From contig NC_082722.1 of the NCBI RefSeq assembly GCF_030144855.1, positions 19,344,001 through 19,408,000 on the forward strand: a stretch of 64,000 nucleotides of DNA, read 5' to 3'. How positions within the stretch are numbered: the first letter of the stretch is position 1; every line of letters begins with the position of its first letter. This DNA is from Hypanus sabinus. Its lineage: Eukaryota. Under the pieces are notes generated by a model. The model made no database searches and had not been told where the DNA came from. It was given only the letters and a program-made list of their open reading frames with translations. Positions 37,054 to 50,530 of this stretch are shown here, in pieces. Both the position numbers and the translations under genes were made by a program.

Positions 37054-37105
37054 TGGTCAAAATATTGCGATAAATGTCATTCACCGAACTGTTATATCTG
37101 TACGT
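37054..37105 (-). pseudogene. Receptor gene 2, decayed leader exon
   Basis: The + strand tggtcaaaatattgcgataaatgtcattcaccgaact aligns to the copy-3 leader tggtcaaaacgcggcgagaagtgccaagtaccaaact. The start and donor are degenerate. A CR1 insertion separates it from the V exon. Confidence 0.55.
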
Positions 37106-37419
37106 TTTCCAAAATAAAGTCAGGCGTTTTATGTTTAATGGAAGCTGTAACATGTTTTACTAAATTCCAAACCTACACAAGAAAGCGCACTGAAACTTTT
37201 CCGTGATAACGTCGTCACTTCAGAGTAGCCCCTTGATGTGAAACCAGAACCCAATTACGTTACCCTACACAGCGCCACCCCACCTACAACGCTGCAATTA
37301 ATCTAGTGTCGGAATAAGGTCACATTCAGTTTGGAGGAGAAACATTTTATATTCGGTCGGGGTAGACTGCAACCTAATGTCATGAACAATGACTTCTCGA
37401 ACTTCCCGTAATGACCTCC

Positions 37420-37800
37420 TACAACATTCCTGATCCCCAGTTCTCTCTGTCGCCTTTTCTCCTTACCTGCCTATCACCTCCCGCTCATGCTCCTCCGCCT
37501 ATTCTTTTTCCCATGGCCTTCCATCTCTCCTACCAGATTCTCTCTTGTCCAGCCCCGGATTTCTTTCACTAATCAACTCCCCAGCCCTTTAGCTCACCCC
37601 AGCTCCCGCGTTCTCCTATCACCTTGTGTTTTTTCCTTCCCTCCTCTCACTTTCTTATTTGACTCCTTATCTTTTTTCCCCAGTTCTGATGAAGGATTTC
37701 AGTATGAAACGTCGATTGTTCTATTTCCTATCGGTGCTGCTTGACCTGCTGATTTCCTCCAGTATTTTCCATGGGTTGCGTTTCCTCTGTTTTAGCCGTT
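37420..37800 (+). mobile_element. Penelope-like-derived repeat, 3' part
   Basis: Pyrimidine-rich tract followed by ctgatgaagg...gaaacgtcgattg...gctgcttgacctgctga...cctccagtatttt, the same family as 1398-2215. Confidence 0.7.
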
Positions 37801-37837
37801 CTCGGTTCACTGCTTTCGAATACAGTGTTATTTCTTC

Positions 37838-40800
37838 GGCAGTTAGAAAGGGGCACGACTGCGCAAGCGCGTGGAAGTCCGCCCGTCAGGCAGCGGGAGA
37901 ATTTAAAAAGCGAGCTGATGAACGTAGTAGCGGGAAACAGAGTAGAGAGATACATAGTAGGAAGGCTTTGGCTCGAGAGGCTTCGGCGTGCAGAGACTGA
38001 GGACGAGCTTCACCCCAAGTGAGGTAAGGCCAGATAAGTTCCTTTAATTAATGTAATTACCTTAGGGGTAGGTAATGGAGTCAGCAGTTAGGGCAGTCGA
38101 GTGCTCCGTTTGAAGTATGTGGGAGGTTAGGGAAGGCACAATTGTCCCAGATGACGACACCTGCAAAAGGTGCATCAAGCTGCAGCTCCTGACAAACGGT
38201 GTTAGGGAACTGGAGCTGGAGCTGGATGAAATTCGGATCATTCGGGAGGCAGATGCAGAAATAAACATGAGTTAAAGGGCGAGAGTAACCCCTAAAATCA
38301 GCAGACAGGTAGCTGGGTGACTGTCAGAAGAGGGAGGTGGATTAGACAGAATGAGCAGAGAACCCCTTTGGCGGTTCCCATCAATAATAAGAAATTGTTG
38401 GTGGGGACGACCCTGCAGGGACAAGTTGCATTAGTTGCGTCTCTGGCACCGAAACTGGACCCTCAGCTCAGAAGGGAAGGAGGGCAAAGAGGAGAACAGT
38501 AGTGATAGAGGATTCTATTTTTAGGGGGTACAGATAAGAGGTTCTGTGGAAGAGATCGAGAATCCCAGATGGTCTGTTGCCTAGATACAAGCAGGGAGGG
38601 GAATCAAAGTTTAGGAACAGATATATGGGAGAGGGAAGAAAAGGAAGATCGTTAAGTTGCTTGCACCGTTAGTGATAAACAGGAAGTAAGAGGTGGAAAA
38701 TTTTTAAGTACAATTATTTTAATGCTAGGAGCATTGTAAGAAAGGTGGATGAGCTTAGGGCTTGGATTGATATCTGGAAATATGATGTTATAGCTATTAG
38801 TGAAACCTGGTTTCAAGAGCGGTGTGATTGGCAAATAAATATTCTTGGATTTGGTTGCTTCTGGTGTGATAGAATCGGAGGGACGGGGGTTGTTGCATTA
38901 GTTGTCAGAAAAAAATATTACAGCGGTTCTCTGGGAGGATAGATTAGAGTGCTCGTCTAGGGAGGCTTTTTGGTGGAAATGAGGAATGGGAAATGTGTAG
39001 TAACACTTATAGGGGTATATTATAGACCACCTAATGGAGAGCGAGAATTGGAGGAGCAAATTTCTAAGGAGGTAGCAGATATCTGTAGTAAGCACAGATT
39101 TGTGATTGTGGGAGATTTGAATTTTCCACACATAGACTGGGAAGCTCATACTGTAAAAGGGCTGGATGATTTGGAATTTATAAAATGTGTGCAGGGTAGT
39201 TTTTTGCCGCATTACATAGAGGTACCAAGTAGAGAAGGGGCAGTGTTGCATCTCCTGTTAGGGAATGAGAGAGGTCAGGTGACGGAAGTAGGTACTGGGG
39301 AGCACTTCGGGTCCAGTGAACATATTGCCATTAGTTTCAATATGATTATGGAGAAAGATAGGACTGGACCCAGGGCTGAGATTTTTGATTGGAGAAAGGC
39401 TAACTTTGAGGAGTTGTGAAAGCATTTAGAACGAGTGGATTGGGACCATTTGTTTTATGGCAAGGATGAAGTAGAGAAATGGAGGTCATTTAAATGTGAA
39501 ACTTTGAGGGTACAGAATCTTTATGTTCCTGATCAGTTGAAAGGAAAGGTTAAAAGTTTGACAGAGCAATGGTTTTCAAGGGATATTGGAAACTTGGTTC
39601 GGAAAAAGAGAGATATCTACAATAAATAAAGGCAGCATGGAGTAAATGAGGTGCGTGAGGAATATAAAGAATGTAAAACGAATCGTAAGAAATAAATTAG
39701 AAAAGCTAAAAGAAGATACAGAATTGATTTGGCAAATAAGGTAAAAATATATCGAAAGGGTTTCTACAGTTATATTAATAGCAAAACGATAGTGAGGGAT
39801 AAAACTGGTCCCTTCGAGAATCAGAGTGGAGAGCTATTTCTTGGTATTCACTAAGGAGAAGGATATTGCATTGTGTGAGGTAAGGGATACAAGTAAGGAA
39901 GTTATGCACACAATGATTATTAAAGAGGAGGAAGTACCTGCACTTTTACGGAATATTAAAGTGGATAAATCTCCGTGTCCTAACAGGATATTCCCTACGG
40001 TTTTGAGGGAAGTTAGTGTAGCAATAGCAGGGTCTCTGACAGAAGTATTTCAAATGTCATTAGAAACGGAAATGGTGCCGGAGGACTGGCGTATTGCTCA
40101 TGTTGTTCTATTGTTTGAAGATGATTCTAAGAGTAAACATAGTAAACATAGGTCTGTAAGTTTGACGTCAGTGATGGGTAAATTAATGGAAAGTATTCTG
40201 AGAGATGGTATATATAATTATCCGAATAGACAGGGTCTGATTAGGAATATTCAGCATGGATTTGAGCGTAGAAGGTCATGTTTGCCAAATCTTATTGAAA
40301 TTTTTGAAGAGGTTACTAGGAAAGTTGATGAAGGTAAAGCAGTATATGTTGTTTATATGGACTTCAGTAAAGACTTTGACAAGGTTCCACACGGAAGTTT
40401 AGTAGGAATGTCTGATGGTTAGGTATTAATATTGAAGTAGTAAAATGGATTCAACAGTGACTGGATGGGAGATGCCAGTGAGTAGTGGTGGCTAACTGAT
40501 TGTCAGGTTGGAGGCCGGTGACAAGTGGTGTGCCTCACGGATCTGTATTGGTCCAGTGTTGTTTGTCATTTACATTAATTATCTGGATGATAGGATGGTA
40601 ATTTGGATTAGTAAGTATGCAGATGTTACTAAGATAGCTGACGTTGTGGATAATGAAGTAGCTTTTCAGAGCTTACAGAGTGATTTGGGCCAGTTAGAAG
40701 AATGGGCTGAAAGATGACAGATGGAGTTTAGTGCTGATAAGTGTGAGGTGCTACATTTTGGTTGGAGTAATCAAAATAGTACATACATGATAAATGGTAG

Positions 40801-41540
40801 GGCATTGAAGAATGCAGTGGAACAGAGTGATCTAGGAATAATGCTGCATAGTTCTCTGAAGGTGGAATCTCATGCGAATAGTGTGGTGAAGAAAGCTTTT
40901 GGTACGCTGGCCTTTATAAATCAGAGCATTGAGTATAGTCGTTGGGCTGTAATGTTAAAATTGTACAAGTGATTGGTACTGCCAAATTTGGAGTACTGTG
41001 TACAGTTCTGTGTACAGTCTAGGAAATATGTCAACAAAATAGAGTGAGTACAGAGAAGATTTACTAGAATGTTACCTGGGTTTCAGCACCTAAGTTACAG
41101 ATAAAGGTTGAACAAGTTAGGTCTTTATTCTTTGGAGCGTAGAAGATTGAGGGGGGATTTGACAGAGGTATTTAAAATTATGAGGGGGATAGGTAGAGCT
41201 GAAGTGGATAGGCTTTTTCCATTGAGAGTAGGGGTGATTCAAACAAGAGGACATGAGTTGAGAGTTAGTGGGCAAAAGTTTAGAGGTAACACGAGGGGGA
41301 ACTTCTTTACTCTGACAGTGGTAGCTGTGTGGAACGAGCTTCCAGTAGAAGTGGTAGAGGTAGGTTCGATATTGTCATTTAACATAAAATTGGATGAGTG
41401 CATGGACCAGAAATGAATGGAGGGTTATGGGCTGAGTGCAGGTCAGTGGGACTAGATGAAAGTACTTTTTCTGCACAGACTAGAAGGGCCGAGGTGTCCT
41501 GTCTCTGTGCTGTAATTGTTATATTGTTATATGGTTATGT
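37838..41540 (+). mobile_element. Near full-length decayed CR1 LINE (ORF1 Zn-finger/esterase, ORF2 EN-RT)
   Basis: ORF1 pieces CKRCIKLQLL...RELELELD and DSIFRGTDKRFCGRDRESQMVCCL. The EN spans 38700-39420, the RT 39826-41416, and the tail is gttatattgttatatggttatg. Confidence 0.92.
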
Positions 41541-41559
41541 GTGTTGAATCACGTTATTA

Positions 41560-43981
41560 GTCTTTAATTGTTTAGTGGTCCGACAGTACAGTAAAATACC
41601 CATGATGTCCGTGCTCCCCAAATTCCATCAGTATATGGACTTTGCAATGAGGAGGGAAACGCGTTGGTCCTGGTTTACACATACATCCGCGACACGCACC
41701 GGGCAGAGCCTCGCCCCCACCTCGGTTACACAGACGACATCTCTTTTATACTAATCCCAGCATACAGACCGCTCATCAGGCGCTCCAGACCAATTCAGAA
41801 GCAGGTGAAAACCTGGCCAGCAGGAGCCATTTCCGCTCTTCAAGACTGCTTTGAGCACACTGACTGGTACATGTTCAGGAAGGCTGCAACCGATGGTGAC
41901 TCCACCAACTTAGAGGGATACACAACATCAGTTACAAGCTACATCAGCAAGTGCATTGATGATGTTACTCTGTCCAAGTCAAGCACTATACGCGCTAACC
42001 AGGAGCTATGGATTACCGCGGAGGTGCGTCTACTGCTGAGGACCCGCGCCTCCGCCTTCAGAGTAGGCGACAAGGCTGCCCAAACAACAGCAAGGGCCAA
42101 ACTGTCCCGAGCCTTCAGAGGGGAAAAGCGTGCACACGCTCAGCGAATCAGCAGCCACTTCCAGGACTGCGACGACACGCAGCACATGTGGAAGGATATC
42201 CAGGGCATCACCAATTACAGGACAACTTCAACTGACTGTGCGGTTGATGCCTTCCTCAAAGATGCGTTGAATAATTTCTACGCCCGTTTAGAGGTGGAAA
42301 ACGGCATGGTGGCGAGGAAGTCCACTTCTCCTACAAAAGACTAGCTGCTGTGTCTCACCGTGGCCGTTATGAGAAAAACCCCGGGAAGGCTGCTGGACCA
42401 GACAACATTCCTGATAGAATTCTCAGAGGATCTGCAGACCAGCTAGTAGATGTTCTCACTGACATCTTCAACATCTCCCTGAGCTGAGCCACCGTTCCAA
42501 CGTGCTTCAAGGCAGTCACCATCGTCCCCGTGCCGCAGAAGTCTTCATGGCCCTGCCTAAATGACTACCGTCCCATTGCACTCACATCCATCATCATGGT
42601 GCTTCGAGAGGCTCGTCATGAGGCATATCAAGACCCTGCTACCCCGTCACCGGACCCCTTGCAGCTTGCGTACCGTCCGAACTGCTCAACAGATGACGCT
42701 ATTGCCATTACCCTCCATCTGGCCCTAACCCATCTGGACAAAAAAGACATATACGTTCGGATGCTGTTCATAGACTTCTGTTCCGCATTCAACACAATCG
42801 TCCCTCCGAAACTGATTGGAAAGCTGAGACAACGGGCTTGAACACCTCCCTCTGCAACTGGATCCCAGACTTCCTGACTGGGTCACCTCAATCAGTCCGG
42901 AAAGGGAGCAGCATCTCCAACACCATCACACTGAGCACGGGGACCCAAAGGGCTGTGTGCACAGTCCACTGCTGTTCACTCTGCTGACCCACGACTGTGC
43001 TGCAACACGCAGCTCGAACTACATCATTAAGTTCACCGATAACACGACCATGGTGTGTCTCATCAGCAAGAACGACGAGTCAGCTTACAGAGAGGAGGTA
43101 CAGTGGCTAACGGACTGGTGCAGAGCCAACAACAGGCTACTGAATGTGAACAGAACAAAAGAGATGGTTGTTGACTTCAGGAGGTCACGGAGCGACCACT
43201 CCCTGCTGAAAATCGACGGTTCCTCGGTAGAGATCGTTAAGAGCACCAGATTCCTTGGCGTTCGCCTGGCGGATAATCTCACCGGGTCCCTCAACTCCAG
43301 CTCCATACCACAGAAAGTCCTGCAGCGTCTCTAATTTCTGTGAGGTCTGAGGAAAGTCCATCTCGCACGCCCCAGTCTTCATCACATTCTACAGAGGTTG
43401 TATTGAGTGCATCCTCGGCAGCTGCTTCACTGCCTGGTTTGGAAATTGCACCATTTCTGCAAGACCCTGCAGCGAATAGTACGGTCAGCTGAGATAATTA
43501 GGGACTCTCTTCCCACTATCACGGACATTTACACTACACGCTGCATCCGCGAAGAAAATAACATTATGAAGGACTCCATACACCCATCATACAATCTGTA
43601 CTCCCTGCTGCCGTCTGGGAAAAGACACCGAAGCATTCGGGCTCTTACGACCAGCCTATGTAACAGTTTATTCCCACAAGCTATCAGAATCCTCAATACC
43701 CAGAACCTGGCCTGACACCTTACCCTATTGTCCTGTTTATTATCTATTGCAATGCCTGCACTGTTTTGTGCATTTTATCCAGTCCTGGGCAGCTGTGTAT
43801 CCTCGTGTAGCTGAGTGTTTTTTTTTACCCCTGTGTTTTTTTTAAAGTAGTTCAGCCTAGTTTTTGTAATGTGTCGTGTAACAATATAGTCCAGATAAAA
43901 GTTGTCTCATTTTTATTATGTACTGTACCAGCAGTTATGGTCGAAATGAGAATAAAATTTACTTGACTTGACTTGACTTGA
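41560..43981 (+). mobile_element. Rex1/Babar-type LINE, ORF fragments with (TTGAC)n tail
   Basis: [49 protein letters not shown] and [10 protein letters not shown]...IIKFTDNTT motifs, with an acttgacttgacttgacttg tail. Confidence 0.88.
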
Positions 43982-45114
43982 TCACTTATAATTGAATTGA
44001 TTTCTACCTGCTTGGATATGGTCTACATCGCTCCATTGTTTGTCTGCTCATGTCAATAGTCGAATGCCTTTAACGGGTGTGATCATATCAGTATTCTCTC
44101 GTAGTGCGTTCAAGCCGCCGACCATTTTCTGTTTAAAATAATTGCTGCGGAAAGCTCACTTAATTTTTCCTCTTTTATCTCAAGGCTACGTTACTGGCAC
44201 TAATATGCACGAGCTATAGTGACAGACAGAATGACAAGGCTAACATTAATATGGAATCCCGGTTGACTAACGTATTGAGACACTGGTCAGGAGATAAAGT
44301 CCTGTATCATCTGTAGCGAACGAGTTCGAGTGAGCTCCTTCAGAACTCTATGAGATATTGTGGTACACTCGAGAGAAATCATGACAGCACAAAAATGGCA
44401 TGAAATATCTTGCAATGATATATTAAAGGGAAAAGAACGAACAGTGATTCTGAAGAAACAGCGTGATCGTCTCTGTGTGGAGCCACTGGCGATATCTGAG
44501 GTGAAGCTTATTATTTCTCCTCTGTGTAACTGTGGTGGAAATCAAGGCGGAGATAAAATTACGGGAATTAATTATACCTTCATTGAGATTCGCCAATTCC
44601 TGTATGGCAGACTAATGTAGAAAGCTAGTTTGCATGGGAAACAGGGTTAGCCAGCCAATGAACACGAGGGCAGCGAATTGGTTTTGTATAATATAAGAAG
44701 GTGATTGTGGAGATTTGCTATTCAAGAATGAAGGCCTCCAACTACTGATGTACTGAAGAGGGCGCTTTAGGTCTCAGCACTCTTTGTCATGTAGTTCTGA
44801 AACACTTAAGAGGATAATATTGTTAACAACATTAAGAACTTCGGGGAGGCAAATAAATTACCGACAGAATAGAAAGAGAAAGCTAACCAAGACAATGAAC
44901 TGGGAAAATGCTCCTTCAAGGGCAGATATAATTTAACTGGGGCAATGGCGAAATGTTGCATTTTGGTTGAAAAAAATAAAGCTGGAGTTACACAGTAAAT
45001 TGCCCTCGTGGTTGAAGTAGAACACAGTGACTGAGGGCAAGTGGCGATAGACGTGGACAGAAAGGAAAAGAAGTTTGGAAACGTCAAGATGAGGCCACAC
45101 GCAGGTTCATGGAA

Positions 45115-45520
45115 CAATATCTTATCTCCCGCCTAGGCAGCCTCCTGCCTGCCGGGATGAACATTCAACTCACAGACCTCCGTTGATATCTCTGCCCCCC
45201 TTACCCCATCCCTATCTATAATTTTAGCCTGATTCTTTCTCTCACTCTTTCTTTCTTTTCTCCCCCCAACTATAATCTCCCCACCCCTACCTTTCTTTCT
45301 CTTTTATTTCCCATGTCTCCAACTTCCCCTAGCCCATTTCCCTTCAGACTATCACTTCCCAGCTCTCTACTTCATACCTCCCCCCACTTCTTATCCCCCT
45401 CGACCATCCCAAGTTACTTCACACCTGATGAAGGGTTTCGGCCCGAAACGTCGTCACTACCTCCTCCCATAGATGCTGTCTGGCCTGTTGAGTTCTGCCA
45501 GCATTTTGTGCTTTTCAGGT
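45115..45520 (+). mobile_element. Penelope-like element 3' end
   Basis: LISRLGSLLPAGMNIQL resembles the GIY-YIG C-terminal motif, followed by a pyrimidine tract and the family terminal repeat. Confidence 0.7.
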
Positions 45521-46489
45521 AAAGAAGGTGCTTGTCTCACTTGAAACAACAGTTGACGTAGTGAGTGCAGGGTCTGGGATGTCCTGTTATACTATACACG
45601 TCATTAGCGAAACTCTAAGAGTTTTGTGCATTAATGATCGCCCAGCTATCGAAAAGGGATGGCAGTCCTGAACACTGTGCAGAAAGGATCCACGAGCATG
45701 TTTTCTGGACAACAAAATTTTGACTATACGGAGAGGGTGCATTATTCTTCCTTGAGTACAAGAGGTTGAGTGATGATCTTATATAGGAATTTTGAACGAC
45801 GAGGGGCGTCTGCAGACCTAAGTTACAGTGTTTTACCCAGGATAGGTTAATAGAAAATAAGAATACATCAATTCAAGGCTTGAGAGAAAACATTTAAAGT
45901 GTGTCTAGGGAACTTTTTTCAACAAATAGGAGCTTGGAAAGTGTAAAATGTACGAGCTTGGAAAGTGTAAAATGTGGGTGGGTTCCGTAGCAATGTGTGA
46001 AATACAGTTAGATTGGTATGTTAAGATATGTTTAGAGCAAAAAGGATTGCAAGGGTCAAAAACTGGTCTTCTGGGAGATCAGTATGATAACCTATGCATG
46101 GATCCAACAGAGAATGTGATGTTAGATGGATTCTTTGCATACGTATTTACTCGGGAAAAGGACACAGGGTCTATAGAAGTGATGCAAAGCAGCAATGAGG
46201 CTATGGTCTTGTATTTCTTCATTCAAATCTTTGACAATTGGGTCGAAGTCAAAAGGGAACCCAGCATGACCTGTGACTGTACGCTTCTTCTTCCCTTCTC
46301 TTATCTCCAGCGATCTCAGCAATTCTCAGTCCGATCCAACATGTTATCTTCAGTGCCTAATATTCTAATTTTCTGTGTATGTCCAACATTTTCTACAAAT
46401 GTTCTAAAATTAGTATTTCACATCAGTAACAGAAGTGATTTTGCAGAGTTGCTGCAATCAATGACAACACAGACAAAATTGTAAAGGAG

Positions 46490-47310
46490 CTCAGCCAGGA
46501 AAGCAGCATATATGGAAGTGAACAAACAGTCGATGTTTCTGGTCAAAATCCTTCATCAACATTGGATAGGAAGACGGAAGATGTCAGAATACAAAAGCAG
46601 GAGAGTGAAAGGAGGACTAACAAGAAGGACATGGGTAAAGCCAGGTGAATGGGGAAGAAGCGATGAAGAAAAAATTGCGGAGGTGACAGATGGAAAAGAA
46701 AAAGTGCTGTAGAAGAATGAATTTGATAAGATAAGAGATTAGACCGTGCGAGAAGGGAAACAGGAAGGGCACAAAGGAGGGGATATAGGTAGGTAAGGAG
46801 AAGAGGTAGGAGGCTAGAGTGTAGAACTGAGGAAAACGGAAGGGAGAGAGAAAAATTAATGAAAAGAGAAATCGATGTTCATGCCATCAAATTTGTCACT
46901 CCTTAGACTAAAAATGAAGCGTTAATCCTCCAACCTCAGAGTAGCCTCATGGTGGCAGAAGAAGAAGCCGAGGACCAAACTGTCGCGAGGAGAATGGGGA
47001 TAGGAAGGACAATGACTGGCCACCGGAATTTCCTCTTTTTGTGGATGCAGTGGAGATTCTTGAAAAAGTGTTCCGCTACGTTGTTCACACCAACGCAGAG
47101 GAGGCTGCATCGCAAGTACAGGAAATACTAGACAACTATAATAGATTGAGAGATTAAAGTGTTGCCTCACCAGGACGGGTTGGTTGGGACCCTGAATAGC
47201 GGTGAGAAACTATATCTCTTAAGTATAATTTTCACGTTGTCCTGGCCTGACAGGGACATTTTCCTTCCATTTAGGTTCACATTTCAGATTCGAAACCAAA
47301 TGCACTCTTC
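46490..47310 (-). mobile_element. Penelope-like element fragment, opposite orientation
   Basis: Terminal repeat ggagctcagccagg...gcagcatatatgg...gtcgatgtttctggtcaaaatccttcatc, then a purine tract and an internal coding remnant. Confidence 0.65.
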
Positions 47311-48679
47311 ACCCAGGGATCTGCTCAACTCAGTACTAGGTTTGACAACACTTCATAGTCTTCTACAGAGGAAGGTTAGTCTAGAAGCTACCTCGGTATT
47401 GTAATTCATCACACAAATTAATAAATAAATAAACTTTCTTCATATGAAGGCTACTTCTGTTTTTTTTTAAATATTATGTTAAGACATATAGAAAAACGTT
47501 GACAAAATTCCCACTAGATTCCATTACTTTCTATATCAAATGAAAGTAATTCTCAATCCTTCTCCGTGTATTCTCTCATGCAGGGCTAGTCAAGGTTCTC
47601 GGCTTGAAAAGACAACTGTTCATTCATGTTCATTGATGCCACCTCACGCTTGGACCGCTGGATATAACAAAATGTTTCTCTTGACATTCATACTGTTATG
47701 AATTTTTTTTTTACTACTGTGAAATATAACTGGTTCCGCAATTGTATTGGATTTTATCTGATGTTGTGATAACGCTTCACCTTATTCACTTCGCAGAATG
47801 TTCAAGCCGTAGAATCGTAACACGGACGTTGCAGAACAACATGCAAAACTTTTAGTTGGAAGGAAGAGGGTTCGAAATCACTCATTTTAAATTTGAGCCA
47901 TTGTCTGTAACCTAAGCGTTGAAATTAAAATTATACAAGTCTGCAAATCGATTTTTGAGCTAGAAGCAAACTTTACACACACAGGCCTTCCATAATATCA
48001 TTAGGTTCATTCGTGCATTTCTATTTTCTGCTATTTGTAACTTCCTGTTAACCTGCGTGAAGACTTTGTTGCAGATATTAAGCTGAAAGTAGAAATTAAA
48101 TCGCGGTGTACAGCATGGAACAGGCTCGTCTCGAACATTCAGAACGATATATTTGTGCAACCGTTATTTTCCGTTCCTCTATCACTCCCACTGGCAACAT
48201 GTTTTATACATCTAATCTCCTCTGTGTGAAAACCCTGCCATGCCTGGTTCTCCTTTAAATATTTATTCTCTGAATTCAGAACGATGTCCTCTAGCTTTAG
48301 CTCCCCAGGCTTGGGGAATTGTGAGAATCTGCAATATTAAAGTCGGTAGCAATGTTTATCCAAATTTCATGTTATCCTCCAGTCTGCTATACTCCAGAGT
48401 GAACAGCCCTTTTCTATACAATCCCTCCATGCCACTACAGACACCCCTTCAAGGAAATATCCCGATTTGTTTTTACTGCAATATTTCTAACTCTACCTCG
48501 TGCATTCTATCTTGTGTTGACCAGAAGAACACAAAACGCGCCAAGTGTGGACCAGCCAATGGCTACAGCTACAACATGATATCCCAACACTCGTTAATAC
48601 ACTGTCAAGAGGGCAAGTTGGTCAAAGGCCCTCTTATCTAATACCCTGATATATTGTCTTCTCAGGAGACTATCTATGT

Positions 48680-50530
48680 GTTCCCCGAGGTTCCTATGTG
48701 AAGGGAAAGAAGATAGTTAAGAACAATGTTGGCCCCTTGAAGAATGAATTGGGAGAAATTGTTATGGGAAACAGGGAAATGGCAACATAATTTAATGCGT
48801 ACTTTAGATCTGTCTTCACCAGGGAGGACACAAGCAATCTCCCAGATGTATGGATGGGCCAGGGTCATAGATATCAGAGGAATTGAGACAGATTGACATT
48901 AGGAAAGAAACTGTGATGAGTAGACTGGTAGGACTGCAGGCTAATAAATCCCCGGGTCCAGATGGTCTGCATTCGAGGGTTCTAAAAGAGCTGGCTCAGG
49001 AAATTGCGGATGCATTGGTAATCATTTTCCAATGTTCCTTAGATTCAGGATCAGTTCCTGAAGGTTGGAGAGTGGCTAATGTCATCCCACTTTTCAAGAA
49101 GGGAGGGAAGGAGAAAACGGAGAACTAACGCCCTGTTAGCCTAACGTCAGTCGTGGGGAAGATGCTTGAATCCATTATTAAGGACGAAATAGTGGCACAT
49201 CTAGAAGACAGAAATAGGATTAGGCCGAGCCAGCATGGATTTACCAAGGGCAAATCATGCTAGACTAATCTGTTGGAGTTTTCTGAGGATGTAACAAGGA
49301 TGTTAGACGAGGGTAAGCCAGTGGATGTTGTATACCTAGATTTTCAGAAGGCATTCGATAAGGTGCCACATAGGAGATTGGTGAGTAAAATCAGAGCTCA
49401 TGGCATTAGGGGCAGTGTTTCAACATGGATAGAAAACTGGTTGGGAGATAGAAAGCAAAGGGTAGCAGTGAATGGGTGTTTCTCGGACTGGCTGGAGGTG
49501 ACTAGTGGGGTACAACAGTGCTCTGTATTGGGACCACAGCTCTTTACGATTTATGTCAATGATTTAGATGAGGGCATTGAAAACTATATCAGCAAGTTTG
49601 CTGACGATACTAAACTGGGTGGCAGTGTGACATGCGAAGAGGACGTTAGGAGAATACAGGGAGACTTGGATAGGCTGGGTGAGTGGGCAGATCCTTGGCA
49701 GATGTCATTCAATGTGAATAAATGTGAAGTTATCCACTTTGGAAGCAGGAACAAGAGGGCAGAATATTGTCTGAACGGTGTAGAGTGAGGTAAGGGAGAA
49801 ATGCAAAGAAACCTAGGAGTCCTAGTTCACCAGTCAATGAAGGTGAATGAGCAAGTGCAACAGGCAGTGAAGAGGGCAAATGGAATGTTGGCCTTTGTTA
49901 CAAGGGGAATTGAATACAAGAGCAAGGATGTCCTTTTGCATTTGTACAGGGCCCTGGTGAGACCACACCTGGAATATTGCGTACAGTTTTGGTCTCCAGG
50001 TTTAAGGAAGGACATTCTGGCAATTGAGGAAGTGCAGCGTAGATTCACTAGGTTGATTCCTGGGATGGCAGGGCTGTCTTACGCAGAGAGATTGGAGAGA
50101 TTGGGCTTGTACACGCTGGAATTGAGGAGATTGAGAGGGGATCTGATTGAAACGTTTAAGATAATTAAAGGATTTGATAGGATTGTGACAGGAAATATGT
50201 TCCAGATGTTGGGAGAGTCCAGTACCAGAGGGCATGGATTGAGAATAAGAGGTCAGTTATTTAAAACAGAGTTGAGGAAGAGCTTCTTCTCCCAGAGAGT
50301 TGTGCAGGTGTGGAATGCACTACCTCGGAAGACGGTGGAGGCCAGTTCTCTGGATGCTTTCAAGAAGGAGCTAGATAGATATCTGATGGATAGGGGAATC
50401 AAGGGATATGGGGACAAGGCAGGGACTGGGTATTGATAGTGAATGATCAGCCATGATCTCAGAATGGCGGTGCAGACTCGAGGGGCCGAATGGTCTACTT
50501 CTGCACCTATTGTCTATTGTCTGTTGTCTC
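48680..50530 (+). mobile_element. CR1 LINE RT region, relatively young, with (CTATTGT)n tail
   Basis: ORFs 48883-49128, 49273-49788 and 49801-50436 with few lesions (YLDFQKAFDKVPH, ISKFADDTKLGG), and a ctattgtctattgtc tail. Confidence 0.93.

Noticed and set aside
21172-50436. Long EN/RT ORFs as host genes or active elements
   Set aside because: All are CR1 or Rex fragments broken by stops and frameshifts, and no complete ORF2 exists.
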